Assembly: GCA_965372835.1 (NCBI GenBank)
Contig: CBDVDV010000002.1
Coordinates: 179-64,178, forward strand
Origin: an uncultured bacterium
GTDB lineage: Bacteria; Planctomycetota; DG-23; CBDVDV01
Direction of reading: 5' to 3'
Length of the DNA stretch: 64,000 bases
Shown in pieces: positions 63,070 to 64,000 of the stretch (within the stretch, counting starts at the first letter, position 1; every line of letters begins with the position of its first letter). A program made the position numbers and the translations under genes. The notes beneath the pieces are model-generated. The model was given only the letters and a program-made list of their open reading frames with translations. It made no database searches and was not told the origin of the DNA.

Positions 63070-64000
63070 ATGATGTCCAGCAGCGAGGTCGTCAGACGGG
63101 CCGTTCGGTTCGAGGGGCCCGAGAGGCTGCCCCGCAGCCTGCCCGAGACATACGGCTCGGATTTCTCCTGGGTTGCCATGAGCCCCTCGCCCGATTCGCG
63201 CCCAGGTAGCGGCGTGGACGAATGGGGAGCAATCTGGGAGAACATCGGCATCTCCAACATGGGCCAGGTGAAAGAGTTCCCCATCAAGACCTGGAGGGAC
63301 TTCGACAGGCTGCGGGTCCCCGACATCAAGGAACCGAGACGATGGGAGACACTGAGAGGGGCACGTGACCGCGCCGGCGACAAGTTCCTCCTTGGCGGAG
63401 GTATATCCCTCTACGAACGCGTGCACTTCATCCGCGGGCTGGAGAACACCTGGGCGGACATCTATCAGGCACCGGAGCGCCTGAACGAGTTGGTCGACAT
63501 TCTCGTCGACATGAACCTGTACGCCATCGAGAAGTATGCCGAGGAGGACGTTGACGGACTGTTCTGGTGTGACGACTGGGGGCTGCAGAATCGGCTGATG
63601 ATCAGCGCGGATTCCTGGCGCGAGATCTGGAAGCCGCGGTACGCCCGCGTCTATCAGGCGGCCCACGACGCGGGGCTGCTGACGTTCCTCCACAGCTGCG
63701 GCCACATTGTGGAGATCCTCGACGACCTCATCGAGGCCGGGCTCGACGTGATTCAATTGGACCAGCAGGAAAACATGGGGCTGGAGGTGCTGGGACGGTT
63801 CGCTAAGCGGATCACCTTCTGGTGTCCCGTGGACATCCAGAACACGATGGCTCGCGGAAACCCCGACGAGATCCGCCGCTACGTCCGCAAGATGGTCACG
63901 ACTCTCGCCAAGCCCGAAGGCGGCTTCATCTGCGGTTATTACGGCGACCCCGTGGGCGCCGGCCACACCCAGGAAGCTATCGACGTCATGTGCCAGGCGT
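63070..64000 (+). CDS. URO-D family protein, paralog 4 (3' end outside window)
   Basis: Own translation: frame-1 ORF open from ATG 63070 to the window end (MMSSSEVVRRAVRFEGPERLP...GGFICGYYGDPVGAGHTQEAIDVM). Absent from the track because it has no stop. The antisense 62908..63966 ORF is an artefact. Confidence 0.6.
   Translation, partial: MMSSSEVVRRAVRFEGPERLPRSLPETYGSDFSWVAMSPSPDSRPGSGVDEWGAIWENIGISNMGQVKEFPIKTWRDFDRLRVPDIKEPRRWETLRGARDRAGDKFLLGGGISLYERVHFIRGLENTWADIYQAPERLNELVDILVDMNLYAIEKYAEEDVDGLFWCDDWGLQNRLMISADSWREIWKPRYARVYQAAHDAGLLTFLHSCGHIVEILDDLIEAGLDVIQLDQQENMGLEVLGRFAKRITFWCPVDIQNTMARGNPDEIRRYVRKMVTTLAKPEGGFICGYYGDPVGAGHTQEAIDVMCQA

Noticed and set aside
62908-63966. 352-aa minus-strand ORF
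   Set aside because: Opposite strand carries a stop-free frame encoding a clear URO-D-family protein (paralog 4). The antisense product is low-complexity A/V/G/L/D/H

Overview
High-GC (~65%) bacterial chromosome segment; the lineage is unresolved (possibly PVC-group/Planctomycetota-like, low confidence). The first ~37.5 kb is a co-directional translation/transcription supercluster, ending in a HIT-family hydrolase gene. It starts with two peptide ABC permeases, a PD40 lipoprotein and a TPR protein. Next comes a promoter-driven tRNA-Thr/Tyr/Gly/Thr array followed by tuf (EF-Tu), rpmG, tRNA-Trp, secE, nusG, rplKAJL, rpoBC, rpsLG and fusA. The rest is S10-spc-alpha: rpsJ-rplCDWB-rpsS-rplV-rpsC-rplP-rpmC-rpsQ, rplNXE-rpsNH-rplFR-rpsE-rplO-secY-adk-map-infA-rpmJ and rpsMKD-rpoA-rplQ, with mostly overlapping or very short junctions. 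Notable anomalies are a decayed second tuf copy after fusA (internal deletion), a non-ribosomal secreted/membrane protein gene inserted between rplW and rplB, absence of rpmD, and a zinc-ribbon tail on L24. The remaining ~26 kb (37.7-64 kb) is accessory-like and appears geared to sulfated/uronate glycan and sugar-acid catabolism. It carries two Cys-type sulfatases without signal peptides, an oligogalacturonate-lyase-like beta-propeller, an enolase-superfamily dehydratase, a glucuronate-isomerase-like protein and a BNR/sialidase-like protein. It also has two tandem GH1 paralogs, a large secreted CBM-fronted protein and FOUR divergent uroporphyrinogen-decarboxylase (URO-D)-family paralogs, one translationally coupled to the enolase-family gene. 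Housekeeping genes (two tRNA-Ser, scpA, trpS, an M50 site-2 protease) are interspersed. No CRISPR array, rRNA, integrase or transposase was seen. Many long antisense ORFs in the track are high-GC artefacts. Coordinates for features I derived myself (tRNAs, promoters, refined starts, rpmG, rpmJ) may be off by a few nt.
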